From Gammaproteobacteria bacterium (GTDB lineage: Bacteria; Pseudomonadota; Gammaproteobacteria; GCA-001735895): a DNA stretch of 64,000 nucleotides. The position numbers and the translations under genes were made by a program. A model generated the notes under the pieces. The model did no database searches. It was not told where the DNA came from and saw only the letters and a program-made list of their open reading frames with translations. Where the stretch lies: NCBI GenBank assembly GCA_050298595.1, contig JBNKUM010000022.1, positions 1 through 64,000 on the forward strand, read 5' to 3'. Positions 9,674 to 20,684 of the stretch are shown here, in pieces; position 1 is the first letter of the stretch; the number at the start of each line of letters is the position of its first letter.

Positions 9674-10606
9674 ATGCTTTCAAGAGTAGCAGAAACCATT
9701 TACTGGATAGGGCGTTATCAGGAGCGTGCTGAGAATACTGCGCGCCTGATCAAGGTAAACACTAATCTAACACTGGATTTACCCAAAGGGATTATTCCTG
9801 ACTGGGAACCCTTAATTACCATCTTAGGTTGTGATGAGCTTTATCACCAGGCACATCCAGAATTAACTGAAAGAAGGATAGTCAATTTTCTTATCAGTGA
9901 TGAGAATAACCCTGTGTCGATTTTATCATCACTAGGATTGTTACGTGAAAACGCCCGTACTATTCGTGAGATATTACCCAGAGAAGGGTGGGAGCATATT
10001 AATACTATGTATCAACGTGCAGTTGAAAACAAAAGTTTGAGCTATGCACGTAAAGGTAGACATGAATACCTTGATTTGATTATGGTCTCTCTGCAACAGT
10101 TGACTGGACTACTTGCAGGTAGCATGAACCATGATCTGGCTTATGATTTTCTGAATATGGGGCGCAAACTGGAACGCGCAGACATGACCACACGTATTAT
10201 CGATGTTCGATCTGAAAATACTATTCCAGACGATGTACCTGAGTTGAAACCCTTCGAAGATATGTTATGGATGAGTATGCTGAGATCCCTCAGTGGTTAT
10301 CAGATGTACCGTCAGAGTAAACAGGCAAGGATTCGGCGCAACGATGTCTTGAACTTTTTGTTTTCACACTCCAGTTTCCCTCGTGCGGTGAGCTATTGTG
10401 TTGAAGATATGGCGCATGATCTTGATGACTTACCTAATAGTGACGGTTGTAAAAAGCATATAAAAATTCTGCAAAAAATCCTTAATCCTTCAGAGCGAAA
10501 GGATTTGGATAACAATGAGTTACACGAATATATCGATACTATTCAGCTACATTTAGCCAATTTACATAATGAGATAAGTGTCACATATTTCCCTCAACAA
10601 GCCTGA
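9674..10606 (+). CDS. Alpha-E domain protein
   Basis: MLSRVAETIYWIGRYQERAENTAR and LERADMTTR (ER motifs). Confidence 0.93.
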   Translation: MLSRVAETIYWIGRYQERAENTARLIKVNTNLTLDLPKGIIPDWEPLITILGCDELYHQAHPELTERRIVNFLISDENNPVSILSSLGLLRENARTIREILPREGWEHINTMYQRAVENKSLSYARKGRHEYLDLIMVSLQQLTGLLAGSMNHDLAYDFLNMGRKLERADMTTRIIDVRSENTIPDDVPELKPFEDMLWMSMLRSLSGYQMYRQSKQARIRRNDVLNFLFSHSSFPRAVSYCVEDMAHDLDDLPNSDGCKKHIKILQKILNPSERKDLDNNELHEYIDTIQLHLANLHNEISVTYFPQQA

Positions 10607-10683
10607 TCAATACTTACAGACTTGATTATCCCTGATTTATATCTATATTAGTCATATCTAATATTAAATCACAGGCAATCAAC

Positions 10684-10887
10684 ATGAAAAGAAATGTAGG
10701 CGCCACAGATCAGCTAATCCGGATCCTGTTGGCAATGTGTATTATGGCAGTTGGCTTTTATAACCCGGACTATTGGTGGACGTTTATCATTGGAGTGATC
10801 ATCCTTATGACTGGAATTGGTTCTTTATGCCTGCTTTATTCCATCCTGGGCATTTCAACCTGTCACTCTGAAAACTGTAAAGGTTAA
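10684..10887 (+). CDS. DUF2892 (YgaP-like) small membrane protein
   Basis: MKRNVGATDQLIR..CLLYSILGISTC. Confidence 0.85.
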   Translation: MKRNVGATDQLIRILLAMCIMAVGFYNPDYWWTFIIGVIILMTGIGSLCLLYSILGISTCHSENCKG

Positions 10888-10977
10888 TACCAGGGCTAGA
10901 GCAGGGACAGAAAGAACCGGAAAGGGTACGTTCTACAGAAATACCCGAAAGCCACCTCAGGTAGATATTTGGGTATT

Positions 10978-11628
10978 ATGAAACAATTTGAACTCATCAT
11001 ATTTGATCTGGACGGACTCCTGATCGATAGTGAACGAATAGCGCTTGAGCAATTTCTACTAACAGCCGAGGAATTCGGCATCGAAATAAATCATAAGATC
11101 TATACGCAATGTATAGGTGCCAATGCAAAAAAAGTTGATGAAATATTATCCGCAGCGCTATCTGAGCAAACCGAATACCTGCCTTTTAAAGCTGCCTGGA
11201 GGGGTAAATACAAATCGCTGATGGAGAATCATCCCATCCCGCTCAAACCGGGGGCTATTGAAATCCTTAAAGACATTAAATCACGACAGCAAAGAATCTC
11301 TTTAGCTACCTCAACCGAAACACCACAGGCCAAAATCAAAATGATTAATGCCGGAATAGCCGAATATTTTGATGCCGTGATCGGAGGGGATCAGGTAACG
11401 TTCAGTAAACCAGCTCCTGATATCTTCCTGAGAGCTGCAGAAACATTTAATGTATTGCCTGAAAAATGTCTTGTTCTGGAAGATTCTGAGAATGGCGTGA
11501 ATGCCGCAATTAATGCAGGCATGAAAGTGATACAGATACCGGATCTGGTAGCGCCATCAGCAGCTCTGAGACAACAGGGGCATATAATCCTGGAAAGCCT
11601 TCTGGATGTTATCAATTACAGATTCTGA
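10978..11628 (+). CDS. HAD-family phosphatase
   Basis: FDLDGLLIDSE, KPAPDIF, LEDSENG motifs; start moved to the ATG at 10978. Confidence 0.9.
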   Translation: MKQFELIIFDLDGLLIDSERIALEQFLLTAEEFGIEINHKIYTQCIGANAKKVDEILSAALSEQTEYLPFKAAWRGKYKSLMENHPIPLKPGAIEILKDIKSRQQRISLATSTETPQAKIKMINAGIAEYFDAVIGGDQVTFSKPAPDIFLRAAETFNVLPEKCLVLEDSENGVNAAINAGMKVIQIPDLVAPSAALRQQGHIILESLLDVINYRF

Positions 11629-11765
11629 AGATCAAATTAATGAAATATTGTGATTACTTGTGAACGAATCCGGTGAATTTTTGGCACATTCCTGCCTATT
11701 GCACCACACAATACGAATATCTGTTTTCAGGAAAAGTAGTTATTCACATTCCGACCTTTTAGTAT

Positions 11766-12407
11766 TTATTGTTTACAAGTGGGATGCCGCAGCATATTGG
11801 CAACACTAATGTATTTTGGTGAAAGACCATTAAGTATTCGCTTTTCCTCTGTGCGTAGACTTTTTGATTCTTCTAGTCTTTGGCTTTTCTCTAATGCAAT
11901 TGCATACTCATTTAAGTAGCTTGATAACATATATTTTCTATTGTCTGTATCAGTTGGTTTTTTCATCAAAGTGTCATAGGATTTTTCATAACCAGTAACT
12001 GACTCTTTAAATTTACCTTGTGCGTAGTAGAGAGCTGCAAGTTCGAAATATGAGCCATTTAAATAATTTTTTTGCTCATTAGTGAGTTTGCCTTCTTTGT
12101 TTAAATCATTTCTTAGTGCTATTGCTTGATTTAATAAATCCTCAGCTTCTTCAAGTTTGCATAAATCATGCTTTGCAAGTGCAAGATTATGTAGTGCTTG
12201 GGCTTCTTTTTCTTTACCAAGATAACCAATGCGAGTATTTATAAGAGCTCTTCTATCGTATTCTTCAGTTGCTTGAAAATCCCCAGCATTAGAAGCGTCA
12301 GCGCCTAGTCTCTGATACTTATGAAATGTGTGGTCAACTATAGGATTTGCACATGAGGCTAGAATACTTGTTGAAGTTAAGAGTAAATAAACTAATTTGA
12401 TTTTCAT
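11766..12407 (-). CDS. TPR-repeat lipoprotein, cassette-like cargo
   Basis: Lipobox ILASC; TPR-like ALHNLALAKHDLCKLEEAEDLLNQAIAL; very AT-rich; starts just after the attI-like leader. Confidence 0.7.
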   Translation of the reverse strand: MKIKLVYLLLTSTSILASCANPIVDHTFHKYQRLGADASNAGDFQATEEYDRRALINTRIGYLGKEKEAQALHNLALAKHDLCKLEEAEDLLNQAIALRNDLNKEGKLTNEQKNYLNGSYFELAALYYAQGKFKESVTGYEKSYDTLMKKPTDTDNRKYMLSSYLNEYAIALEKSQRLEESKSLRTEEKRILNGLSPKYISVANMLRHPTCKQ

Positions 12408-12413
12408 TTGTTT

Positions 12414-12524
12414 CCCTGACAGGTGATTATGTGACACGCACGAATATCGTGATATGTTACATTCGCGAATATTGTGATATGTCGCATTATGTTCTCATTC
12501 ATTAGTAAAATAAACAATGACCGC
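12414..12524 (-). promoter_or_regulatory. attI-like leader, copy 1
   Basis: Reverse complement aligns with 26939-27025. It contains a 25-bp-period direct repeat (12441-12463 and 12466-12488) and ends in the degenerate core GTCAGGG. Confidence 0.55.
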
Positions 12525-12801
12525 CATTGTCAAGGGTTGTCTGATATCAGCACACGTGGAAATGTTGGAACCGGTAAACACGGATATCAGGGTGAAGATG
12601 TTAGACAATGGCACAACTGAGACTTATGAGCTGAAAGCCTGGACGACAGCATGCAGGACCAGTCATTATCATTAGCTGGCTGTCTATTAAATCATACAGA
12701 AACAAACCGAGCTTCATCAGGTAGCGCGGCCTTAGTCCACGACCCATGGCAGCACGAATGCCATGGGATGGGCAATATGTGACGCTATGTTTAGTAGTCG
12801 T

Positions 12802-13602
12802 TCAATCAGGAAGCTCCTTTCCCGGCATATATAACTTAACTTTATGTTCAGTCAGTATTTTCCGGATCGGGTCTGGGGGCATTCGGTCTGTAAAAAGCGC
12901 ACTAACCTGGGCAATCGAGCCGGCTCGAACCATAGGTCTTCTGGAAAACTTCGTGTGGTCGGCCACCAGAAAAACCTGTCTTGCATTTTTGATGATAGTT
13001 TGTGTTGCGCGTACCTCATCATGGTCGTAGTCAAGTAATGTGCCATCTTCGTCAATGCCGCTGATGCCGATCACCGCGTAGTCAACGCGAAATTGTGCAA
13101 TCATCTCATTTGCGGACTGTCCGACAATACCGCCATCTCGATTTCTTACACTGCCTCCAGCAACAACCACTTCGAAATCCGAATGGTTGCAGAGCAGGGT
13201 TGCCACATTCAAATTGTTGGTAATGAAGCGAAGGTCCTCATGCTGCAACAACTCATAGGCGACAATCTCGGTCGTTGTTCCAATATTGATAAACAGGGAG
13301 GAATGCGGGGCAATATGCTTAGAAACCACCTGGGCGAGGCGTTTTTTCTCATTGAGGTTCAACCCCTTGCGCGCTGAATACTCGATATTCTCGACGCTGG
13401 AAGGTATGCCTACGCCGCCGTGATACCGGGAAACTTCTCCTGCGTCGGATAAATATGCGACATCACGACGGATAGTTTGCTCGGTTACATCAAATTGCTC
13501 TGCCAGTTTGGCTATTGGCACGAAGCCCTGTTGACGAACAAGCGACACAATAGCCGAATGACGAGACTCGGCCGTTTTTGATTTTGCGTCACTGGTAGGC
13601 AT
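12802..13602 (-). CDS. glpR: DeoR/GlpR-family transcriptional repressor
   Basis: VTEQTIRRD..RYHGG, FINIGTTTE, GISGIDEDGTLLDYD, ADHTKF. Confidence 0.85.
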   Translation of the reverse strand: MPTSDAKSKTAESRHSAIVSLVRQQGFVPIAKLAEQFDVTEQTIRRDVAYLSDAGEVSRYHGGVGIPSSVENIEYSARKGLNLNEKKRLAQVVSKHIAPHSSLFINIGTTTEIVAYELLQHEDLRFITNNLNVATLLCNHSDFEVVVAGGSVRNRDGGIVGQSANEMIAQFRVDYAVIGISGIDEDGTLLDYDHDEVRATQTIIKNARQVFLVADHTKFSRRPMVRAGSIAQVSALFTDRMPPDPIRKILTEHKVKLYMPGKELPD

Positions 13603-13615
13603 TTATTTTATTCGC

Positions 13616-15337
13616 TTACCCGCCTTGAGTGGCCTGACCGACAACCATATACCAGGTGACAAATAACGAACACAGGAAAGCGCCCGGAAGATAGTGACCT
13701 GTTCGACGGTAGGCAAAGGTGGAAAGCACGGCGACAAATGCCATCAGGGGCACCAGGTTAATCGAAATAATCAATCGCAGTGGATCGAACATGTGAAACA
13801 ACAGCGGATCATAGCCGGAAAATAACAGTCCATACTGGATGATCAGAAACAGGACAAAACCACTCGCCAGTGCCGCAATATTGCTCAGGTACTGTAGCAA
13901 CACACTGTCGCTACGGACTGCAAGTACTGAATGCAAAGAGCGCAATGCAACGACAAAGAAAAAAGTGAAAGGAATCAGGTAAACCATAAAGGCTGCGGCC
14001 TGTGCATGACTCATGACCTTGAATGCCAAAAACCAGATCCGGAAATCAACCTCAAAGAAGAAGTCGACCATGGCGACCACATTATAAGCAATCGCGAAGG
14101 TTGTCAGCGCCAACGCGGCGGCGCGTATCGGTTGAGCCTGGGGCCACGCCTTGCCAGCACCCTGAAATCGCGTAAGAACTATAATGATGATTGCGTTTAA
14201 CACTGCCCAGAAGGCGACCTCGCTGGAAAACTGCTGCGACAGGAATGAAGTGGCAGGCAACAACTCTCCCCCAATGCGGCAAAACGGCAGGAAGGTTAAC
14301 GCGGGTATGAATGCGCCGAGACTGAATGCAGTCCACCAGCGTGCGTCGCGTTTGTCCAGTGAGGCGTCATAGCTTGCGCTCAGAGGTGCGAAAACAGGCA
14401 GCATTAACAGCTGGCCCAAAACACCCAGCAAAAACACCACGAATCCAATCAGGGCAATCAATGTACCGAACTCCTTCCAGTACCAAATCTGATCGTCGGA
14501 AGGTAGCGAAGCCCCCCCGTTCAACGTTTTTTGAAACCAGTCGAGAGCATGACCAATGGCAACCGGATTGATGTGATCCATGGGATGCGTACCCCCTGGG
14601 GTATACAGGACGCGCGCAGTACCCTTATCAAGCGACCCGTAGATGTGTCCGGGGTCTATCGATTCATTGATGCCGAAAACTTTTTGCATCTTTTCGCTAT
14701 TAACCACATTCGAAGACTTGTCGATGCCCCACATGATGCCGGGGAATTCATCGTAGCGACTAAAAACAACCGCCAGGTTGCGAGGAAAGGTTTCGCTTCC
14801 TTCGGGAGCAAAGGGTGCTCCTGTGCTCGAGCCTTGCAGGATCAGGGCCTTGTAGCCATCGGGCAGAGCGGCGGCGGCATTGACGACCGTCCAGCCGCCC
14901 ATGCTGTGACCCTCGAGTCCGATGTTTTCTTTATCAACAATATCCAGGGAACGCAGATATTTGAGCCCATCGATGCCACCAAAGGCGTTGGCAAATGCGG
15001 GCGCCTGGCTATAGCCATGTCCGGTCTGGTCCAGCGCCAGCACCACATATCCACGGCGCGCGAACTCGATAGCAAAACCATCCTGCGCCTCACGCGAATT
15101 AAAATAGCCATGAACCGCAAGAACGCCAGGTGCGGGTGTTTCTGCGCTAGCATTGGGCGGAATGTAAAGCAGCCCACTCATCTCAGTAGCGTTGGTCCCT
15201 GTAAAGCGAACATCCTGGATGCGAATGCCGCCGGCGGTCTGGATGGCGTACGCCAGCCAGCACCCCAACAGTATCATTGCGGCGCCGACAATGATCAGGC
15301 GCGTTTTATGGTCGGGTGATGTGGTAGTTGATTTCAT
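13616..15337 (-). CDS. Alpha/beta hydrolase with C-terminal multi-pass membrane domain
   Basis: N-terminal TM anchor, HGY oxyanion motif, GHSMGG nucleophile elbow, about 8 C-terminal TM segments; higher GC than its flanks. Confidence 0.8.
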   Translation of the reverse strand: MKSTTTSPDHKTRLIIVGAAMILLGCWLAYAIQTAGGIRIQDVRFTGTNATEMSGLLYIPPNASAETPAPGVLAVHGYFNSREAQDGFAIEFARRGYVVLALDQTGHGYSQAPAFANAFGGIDGLKYLRSLDIVDKENIGLEGHSMGGWTVVNAAAALPDGYKALILQGSSTGAPFAPEGSETFPRNLAVVFSRYDEFPGIMWGIDKSSNVVNSEKMQKVFGINESIDPGHIYGSLDKGTARVLYTPGGTHPMDHINPVAIGHALDWFQKTLNGGASLPSDDQIWYWKEFGTLIALIGFVVFLLGVLGQLLMLPVFAPLSASYDASLDKRDARWWTAFSLGAFIPALTFLPFCRIGGELLPATSFLSQQFSSEVAFWAVLNAIIIIVLTRFQGAGKAWPQAQPIRAAALALTTFAIAYNVVAMVDFFFEVDFRIWFLAFKVMSHAQAAAFMVYLIPFTFFFVVALRSLHSVLAVRSDSVLLQYLSNIAALASGFVLFLIIQYGLLFSGYDPLLFHMFDPLRLIISINLVPLMAFVAVLSTFAYRRTGHYLPGAFLCSLFVTWYMVVGQATQGG

Positions 15338-15385
15338 TGGGCTCTCATCCTGTACTTAAAGGCTTGTTGTCAGGCTGCTTGTAAA

Positions 15386-15403
15386 ATGTTCTAAAACGAA
15401 CAT
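15386..15403. promoter_or_regulatory. GlpR-type operator
   Basis: ATGTTCTAAAACGAACAT matches the ATGTTCG-N4-CGAACAT GlpR operator pattern. A similar site, TTCGTAAACGAACAT, lies at ~15526-15540. Confidence 0.65.
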
Positions 15404-15920
15404 AAGGGGTCGTATATTAAATAAGCAAATGATTAATATGGCGAAAATTTACGATTAACCCAGACATTTACAGCGTTATACGGTCTGTTATGGTAGCTAA
15501 ATATTCGAAAAGGTACAAGATGAACTTCGTAAACGAACATTTCAGGTTATCAACTGCGGCTCATTTCGGATCACTATGCAAGCCAGATCGAAAGAATCAA
15601 TGGTCTCACAATTAATGAGAGCAGAATCGAACGATTTTGTTTTTGCCCTTCAAAGTGCTTCAACGTGCGGCGGGAAGGTCGGTCAGGTCACCATAGAGTT
15701 ATCAGCAGGCAAAACCTTAGCTTCTGCCGCTGTGGATGCTACAACCCGACGCATTCCAATATTGTCTTAATCTATGAAAACCTGGTTTTGGTTGTGTCCC
15801 TATGTTTACGGTTTGCCATGGATTAGCTAAGACGAAACCGTATGTTTCTGTTCAAATGCCCCGTTAGTCCAACCAGATGATTGGTGCAGTCGATATCCAA
15901 TAAACAGCACTTAACTCCTG

Positions 15921-17087
15921 TCACTCATCTGATAACATTTTGCCCAACAATGTGTGATAAAGCTCGCGATCACCGATAACTCCGGTAATCTCTCCCTGCT
16001 CGGTGATCAGTAGAGAGTGGCCGGTTTGATAACGAATTTCCATCACATCTCGCATAGGCATGCTGGCATCGATACAGACAGGATGATTGTTCAAGGCTTC
16101 TATGGGCTGATCAGGCTGCCAGTGCTGCAATGAAAACTCATCCTTTTTAACCATAACAATCTGTTTATCTGCACTTAGCCAGTATTTATGCCGCTTACTC
16201 AGGCAATAGCCTCTTTCCTGTAACGGAATTTCTGATAAATGACGCATGATAGAACCGGCTTTTAATACATTTAACGGGTTAGTATGAGCGACAAAATCTC
16301 GCACATAATCATTGGCTGGATTGAGTACGATATCTTCAGGACGACCATGCTGAACAATCACACCATCTTTCATGATGGCAATATGATTACCAATCTTCAG
16401 TGCTTCATCGAGATCATGACTGACAAATAAAATGGTCTTCTTCAGTTTTTGCTGCAGTTGTAACAGCTCATCCTGTAGTTGAGAACGTATTAAAGGGTCA
16501 AGAGCGGAAAAGGGTTCATCCATTAACAGCACATCTGTTTCCATCGTCAATGCGCGGGCAAGACCTACTCGCTGTTGCATACCTCCTGATAATTTACTTG
16601 GTTTCAGGTGTCGCCATTCACTTAAGCCTACTACCTCTAGCTGTTCATCAACACGACGTTTAATTTCAGATTTTTCAAGTTTCTGAAGTTCCAGTGGCAT
16701 AGATACATTACGCTCAACAGACAGCCAGGGCATTAATGCAAACTTTTGGAATACCATAGAAACTCTATGCATGCGTATATCACGCTGGGTTGCCTTGTCG
16801 GCGCTGGCAAAGTCAACCATAGCTCCATTATGTTCAATATTGACCTGTCCACGAGATACTGGATTTAGGCCATTAACACAACGTAACAAGCTGGACTTAC
16901 CGGAACCTGACAATCCCATTAATACACAGATTTCACCCTTTTTAACCGTTAATGTCGCATCTTTAACAGCTACAACGAGGTTCGTTTTTTCACGGATTTC
17001 TTCACGATTAACCCCTTGATCCAGCAATGGAAAAGCAGCTTCAGGAGAAGAGCCAAAAATAACATCAAGATTTTTAATTTCAATCAT
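15921..17087 (-). CDS. choV: Choline ABC transporter ATP-binding subunit
   Basis: GLSGSGKS Walker A, LSGGMQQRVGLAR, DEPFSALDPLIR, FVAHTNPLNVL; start MIEIKN. Confidence 0.88.
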   Translation of the reverse strand: MIEIKNLDVIFGSSPEAAFPLLDQGVNREEIREKTNLVVAVKDATLTVKKGEICVLMGLSGSGKSSLLRCVNGLNPVSRGQVNIEHNGAMVDFASADKATQRDIRMHRVSMVFQKFALMPWLSVERNVSMPLELQKLEKSEIKRRVDEQLEVVGLSEWRHLKPSKLSGGMQQRVGLARALTMETDVLLMDEPFSALDPLIRSQLQDELLQLQQKLKKTILFVSHDLDEALKIGNHIAIMKDGVIVQHGRPEDIVLNPANDYVRDFVAHTNPLNVLKAGSIMRHLSEIPLQERGYCLSKRHKYWLSADKQIVMVKKDEFSLQHWQPDQPIEALNNHPVCIDASMPMRDVMEIRYQTGHSLLITEQGEITGVIGDRELYHTLLGKMLSDE

Positions 17088-17088
17088 G

Positions 17089-17919
17089 TTAGCTCGAAGC
17101 CTCAGGTTGTTTGAATATTCTATCGAGCAGGATAGCCAGCAGTACGATTGCCAGACCCGCTTCAAAACCAGCGGCAATATCGACCGTATTCAAAGCTCTT
17201 ACCACAGGTTTCCCCAGACCATCAGCACCAACCAGAGCAGAAATAACAACCATCGACAAAGACAACATGATGCATTGAGTAATACCCGCAGCTATGCTGG
17301 ATGCTGCAGCGGGTAATTCAATACGCCATAATAACTGTGAGCGAGTGGCTCCGAATGACTGCCCCGCTTCAACAATCTCATAAGGTACTTCAGAGATACC
17401 CAGATAGGTCAGGCGTATAGGTGTTGCTATGGCAAAGACTATGGTCGAAATTAATCCCGGGACTACACCCAGACCAAACAGGGTTAAGGTAGGAATCAGG
17501 TACACAAAGGAGGGTACCGTTTGCATAAGATCAAGTACTGGTCGCATTACGGAAAACACTCTCGGGCGATGCGCTGAATAAATTCCGAGCGGTAGGCCAA
17601 GTAATATACAAAGTAATGTGGCATATAGAACCAGCGATAGTGTTTGCATTGTTTCTTCCCAATACCCGAGGTTCCAGATAGTTAACAGAGCTATCACAGC
17701 ATAAATCACAAGCGGTATTGAGCGATGCAGGCGATATGCAATCACACACACCAACACAATAAAAATGGCAGGGTTTAACAGCAGCAGCGCATCGGTTGAT
17801 TCGTTAATGATATTTTCCAGAGCATATGCAATGGCATCAAAGAACCAGGAAGCGTGATCAACCAGCCAGTCGAAAAACATCTCGATATAATCACCGAGAG
17901 GCAATTTATAATTTTCCAT
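17089..17919 (-). CDS. choW: Choline ABC transporter permease
   Basis: RPVLDLMQTVPSFVYLIP, EAGQSFGAT, GADGLG. Confidence 0.88.
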   Translation of the reverse strand: MENYKLPLGDYIEMFFDWLVDHASWFFDAIAYALENIINESTDALLLLNPAIFIVLVCVIAYRLHRSIPLVIYAVIALLTIWNLGYWEETMQTLSLVLYATLLCILLGLPLGIYSAHRPRVFSVMRPVLDLMQTVPSFVYLIPTLTLFGLGVVPGLISTIVFAIATPIRLTYLGISEVPYEIVEAGQSFGATRSQLLWRIELPAAASSIAAGITQCIMLSLSMVVISALVGADGLGKPVVRALNTVDIAAGFEAGLAIVLLAILLDRIFKQPEASS

Positions 17920-17927
17920 AGATAATT

Positions 17928-17955
17928 GCAGCGTTAAACTTACGTTTAACGCTGC
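17928..17955. terminator. Intergenic hairpin between choX and choW
   Basis: GCAGCGTTAAAC-TTAC-GTTTAACGCTGC, a perfect 12-bp stem. Confidence 0.6.
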
Positions 17956-17965
17956 CCTCGGTTAA

Positions 17966-18892
17966 TTACAGGGATGCTTTTACAGCACTTAGGCCAGGTT
18001 TTCCATCGATGGTTTTAACTCCTTTTAACCAGTTATTAAGAACTTCAGGATGTGCCTTAAGCCAGGCTTTAGCAGCGGCTTCAGGTTTTTTACCTTCATC
18101 CAGGATGGCGCCCATTATTTGATTTTCCATGCTCAGGGTAAATTCGAGATTATTGATGAAGCTACCGACATTAGGACATTCACTGGTGAAGCCTTTACGC
18201 ACGTTGGTCATTACATTCGCGCCACCAAGATTGGGGCCAAAGTAATCATCGCCACCTTCCAGATAACCCAGTTTAAAATTACTATTCATTGGATGTGGTT
18301 CCCAGCCCAGGAAAACAATCCAGTCTTTACGACGGACTTTACGTTTCACCTGTGACAGCATGCCAGCTTCACTGGATTCAACCACGGTAAATCCTTTCAG
18401 ACCAAATGCATTTTTATCGATCATGTCCTGAATCAGACGATTGCCATCATTACCGGGTTCGATACCAAAAATCTTGTTATCAAACTTATCCGCAAATTTA
18501 GCGATATCAGCGAAGTTTTTAACCCCTGCATCGTAAACGTATTTTGGAACTGCCAGGGTATATTTTGCACCGGTCAGGTTGGTTTTAAGCGTTTCAACGC
18601 TACCACGATCCAGGTAAGGGCGAATATCTGCTTCCATGGTTGGCATCCAGTTACCAAGAAAAACGTCAATGTCCTTGTTTTCTAGTGATTTATAGGTTAC
18701 CGGTACAGACAATAACTGGGTTTTCGGCTTATATCCCAGACCTTCCAGCACCACCGAAGCCAGAGATGTGGTAGCCGTGATATCTGTCCAACCTACATCG
18801 GAAAATCGTACTTTGGAACAATCAGCAGCCTGGGCTGCGATACTAGTTGTAGCCATTAGACCTGCGATTAACATACTTCTAAACATCTTCAT
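17966..18892 (-). CDS. choX: Choline ABC transporter substrate-binding protein
   Basis: Signal peptide; VRFSDVGWTDITATT, FLGNWMP, GIEPGNDGN, FLGWEPHPMN. Confidence 0.9.
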   Translation of the reverse strand: MKMFRSMLIAGLMATTSIAAQAADCSKVRFSDVGWTDITATTSLASVVLEGLGYKPKTQLLSVPVTYKSLENKDIDVFLGNWMPTMEADIRPYLDRGSVETLKTNLTGAKYTLAVPKYVYDAGVKNFADIAKFADKFDNKIFGIEPGNDGNRLIQDMIDKNAFGLKGFTVVESSEAGMLSQVKRKVRRKDWIVFLGWEPHPMNSNFKLGYLEGGDDYFGPNLGGANVMTNVRKGFTSECPNVGSFINNLEFTLSMENQIMGAILDEGKKPEAAAKAWLKAHPEVLNNWLKGVKTIDGKPGLSAVKASL

Positions 18893-18998
18893 TTGGAACC
18901 CCTCTTGGTTTATTTAGTGTTTATTCACTTCTATAAAAGTTCATACCTTATTTTTGTTGCATTAATTAGGCCCTGAATCAAACGGTTTGATCAAAGCG

Positions 18999-20681
18999 CT
19001 AAATTACACGTTGTGGCTCTCCACCTCTTTGCCGTTGTTGCCATTGTGAGTCCATGCCGACTTCATTACCTGCTGCAGGCAAGGGCGTTCTACCACGGAT
19101 CATATCGGCTGCTCGCTCTGCCACCATAATGGTCGGTGCATTTAAATTACCGTTAGGAATGGTGGGAAAGATCGATGAATCTACAACTCTTAAATTTTCT
19201 ATGCCGATAACTCGAGTCTGTGGATCGACCACAGATAGTTCATCGGTTCCCATTTTGCATGAGCAGGAAGGGTGATAAGCGCTTTCGACATTGCTGCGTA
19301 CAAAAGCATCGATTTCATCGTCTGTCTGCACTGATTGTCCTGGCTGAATCTCGTCGTCACGGTAATCATCAAATGCCGGTTGATTGATAATTTCACGCGT
19401 CAGCTTGACGCAATCACGAAAACCTTCGCGGTCTGTTTCATGTTGCAGGTAATTAAACAGTATTTCGGGTTGTTGCGTAGGGTCAGCACTGACCACATGC
19501 ACATGACCACGACTTTTGGGTTTGTTATGACCAATATGTACCTGAAAGCCATGGCCATCGAATGCACTTTGGCCATCGTAGCGCATTGCGGCAGGTAAAA
19601 AATGATATTGCAGATCTGGCCATTCCACTCCAGCTTTAGAACGAATAAAACCGCAGGATTCGAAATGATTAGTTGCACCCAGGCCTTTTCGCGTCAGAAT
19701 CCAGCGCGTGCCGATTAAAAACTTACTCCATAGATCAAGCTTTCCATTCAGGGTGATAGGCTTTTTACATTTGAACTGGAAATAAAATTCCAGATGATCC
19801 TGCAGGTTTTCGCCCACACCGGGCAATTCATGCTGTATTTCTATGCCTGCTTTTTTAAGAATATCTGCATTGCCAATTCCAGATAACTGAAGAATATGCG
19901 GAGAACCTACTGAGCCCGCGGATAAGATGACTTCTCGCCTGGCCTTGATATCCAGTGTTTTGCCTTTATGGAGAACTTTTACACCCCTGGCTTTTTTATC
20001 TTGCAGCAACACCTTATGCACCTGTGCATGAGTCATTACTGTTAAGTTTGATCGTTGCATGGCAGGGCGCAGATAAGCATTTGCCGTTGACCAGCGTATG
20101 CCATTTTTAACGGTCATATGCATGGGGCCAAAGCCTTCCTGCTGTTTGCCGTTATAGTCGGCAGTAAAATCATAGCCTGCCTGTTTTCCAGCCTCTATAA
20201 AAACCTTATACAGAGGGTTCTGCATATTGTTGCCATTATTGGTCGCCAGAGGGCCTTCGTCACCGCGGTAATCATCACCACCAAATCTCCAGCTTTCTGC
20301 TTTTTTGAAATAGGGCAGGCAGTGGGCATAATCCCATTCATCAGCACCGTGATCAGCCCACTCATCAAAATCTTTCGCATGACCGCGTACATACACCATG
20401 CCGTTTATGGATGATGAACCACCCAGCACCTTTCCACGCGGGCAATGCATACGGCGATTGTTTAAACCGGGTTCCGCAATCGTTTCAAACTGCCAGGCAT
20501 ATTTTTTGGTATTCATAGGAATCGACAGGGCAGTGGGCATTTGAATAAAAATACTGCGATCACTTCCACCGGTTTCAATGATTAATACGGATACTTTAGC
20601 GTCTTCCGTCAGGCGATTAGCCAGCACGCAACCCGCAGAACCCGCACCCACAATGATGTAATCATACTCTGTCATATTCAT
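18999..20681 (-). CDS. betA: Choline dehydrogenase
   Basis: GAGSAGC FAD motif, [33 protein letters not shown]. Confidence 0.96.
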   Translation of the reverse strand: MNMTEYDYIIVGAGSAGCVLANRLTEDAKVSVLIIETGGSDRSIFIQMPTALSIPMNTKKYAWQFETIAEPGLNNRRMHCPRGKVLGGSSSINGMVYVRGHAKDFDEWADHGADEWDYAHCLPYFKKAESWRFGGDDYRGDEGPLATNNGNNMQNPLYKVFIEAGKQAGYDFTADYNGKQQEGFGPMHMTVKNGIRWSTANAYLRPAMQRSNLTVMTHAQVHKVLLQDKKARGVKVLHKGKTLDIKARREVILSAGSVGSPHILQLSGIGNADILKKAGIEIQHELPGVGENLQDHLEFYFQFKCKKPITLNGKLDLWSKFLIGTRWILTRKGLGATNHFESCGFIRSKAGVEWPDLQYHFLPAAMRYDGQSAFDGHGFQVHIGHNKPKSRGHVHVVSADPTQQPEILFNYLQHETDREGFRDCVKLTREIINQPAFDDYRDDEIQPGQSVQTDDEIDAFVRSNVESAYHPSCSCKMGTDELSVVDPQTRVIGIENLRVVDSSIFPTIPNGNLNAPTIMVAERAADMIRGRTPLPAAGNEVGMDSQWQQRQRGGEPQRVI

Positions 20682-20684
20682 TCC

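Noticed and set aside
12441-12488. Possible mini-CRISPR or iteron
   Set aside because: Only two near-adjacent units, embedded in the attI-like leader.
14531-15319. 262-aa plus-strand ORF
   Set aside because: Antisense shadow of the GC-rich hydrolase gene with no recognisable motifs. The many short ORFs nested in katG, bet and FDH genes were rejected for the same reason.
15576-15770. 64-aa ORF divergent from the hydrolase
   Set aside because: No RBS or recognisable motif; at best a fragment.
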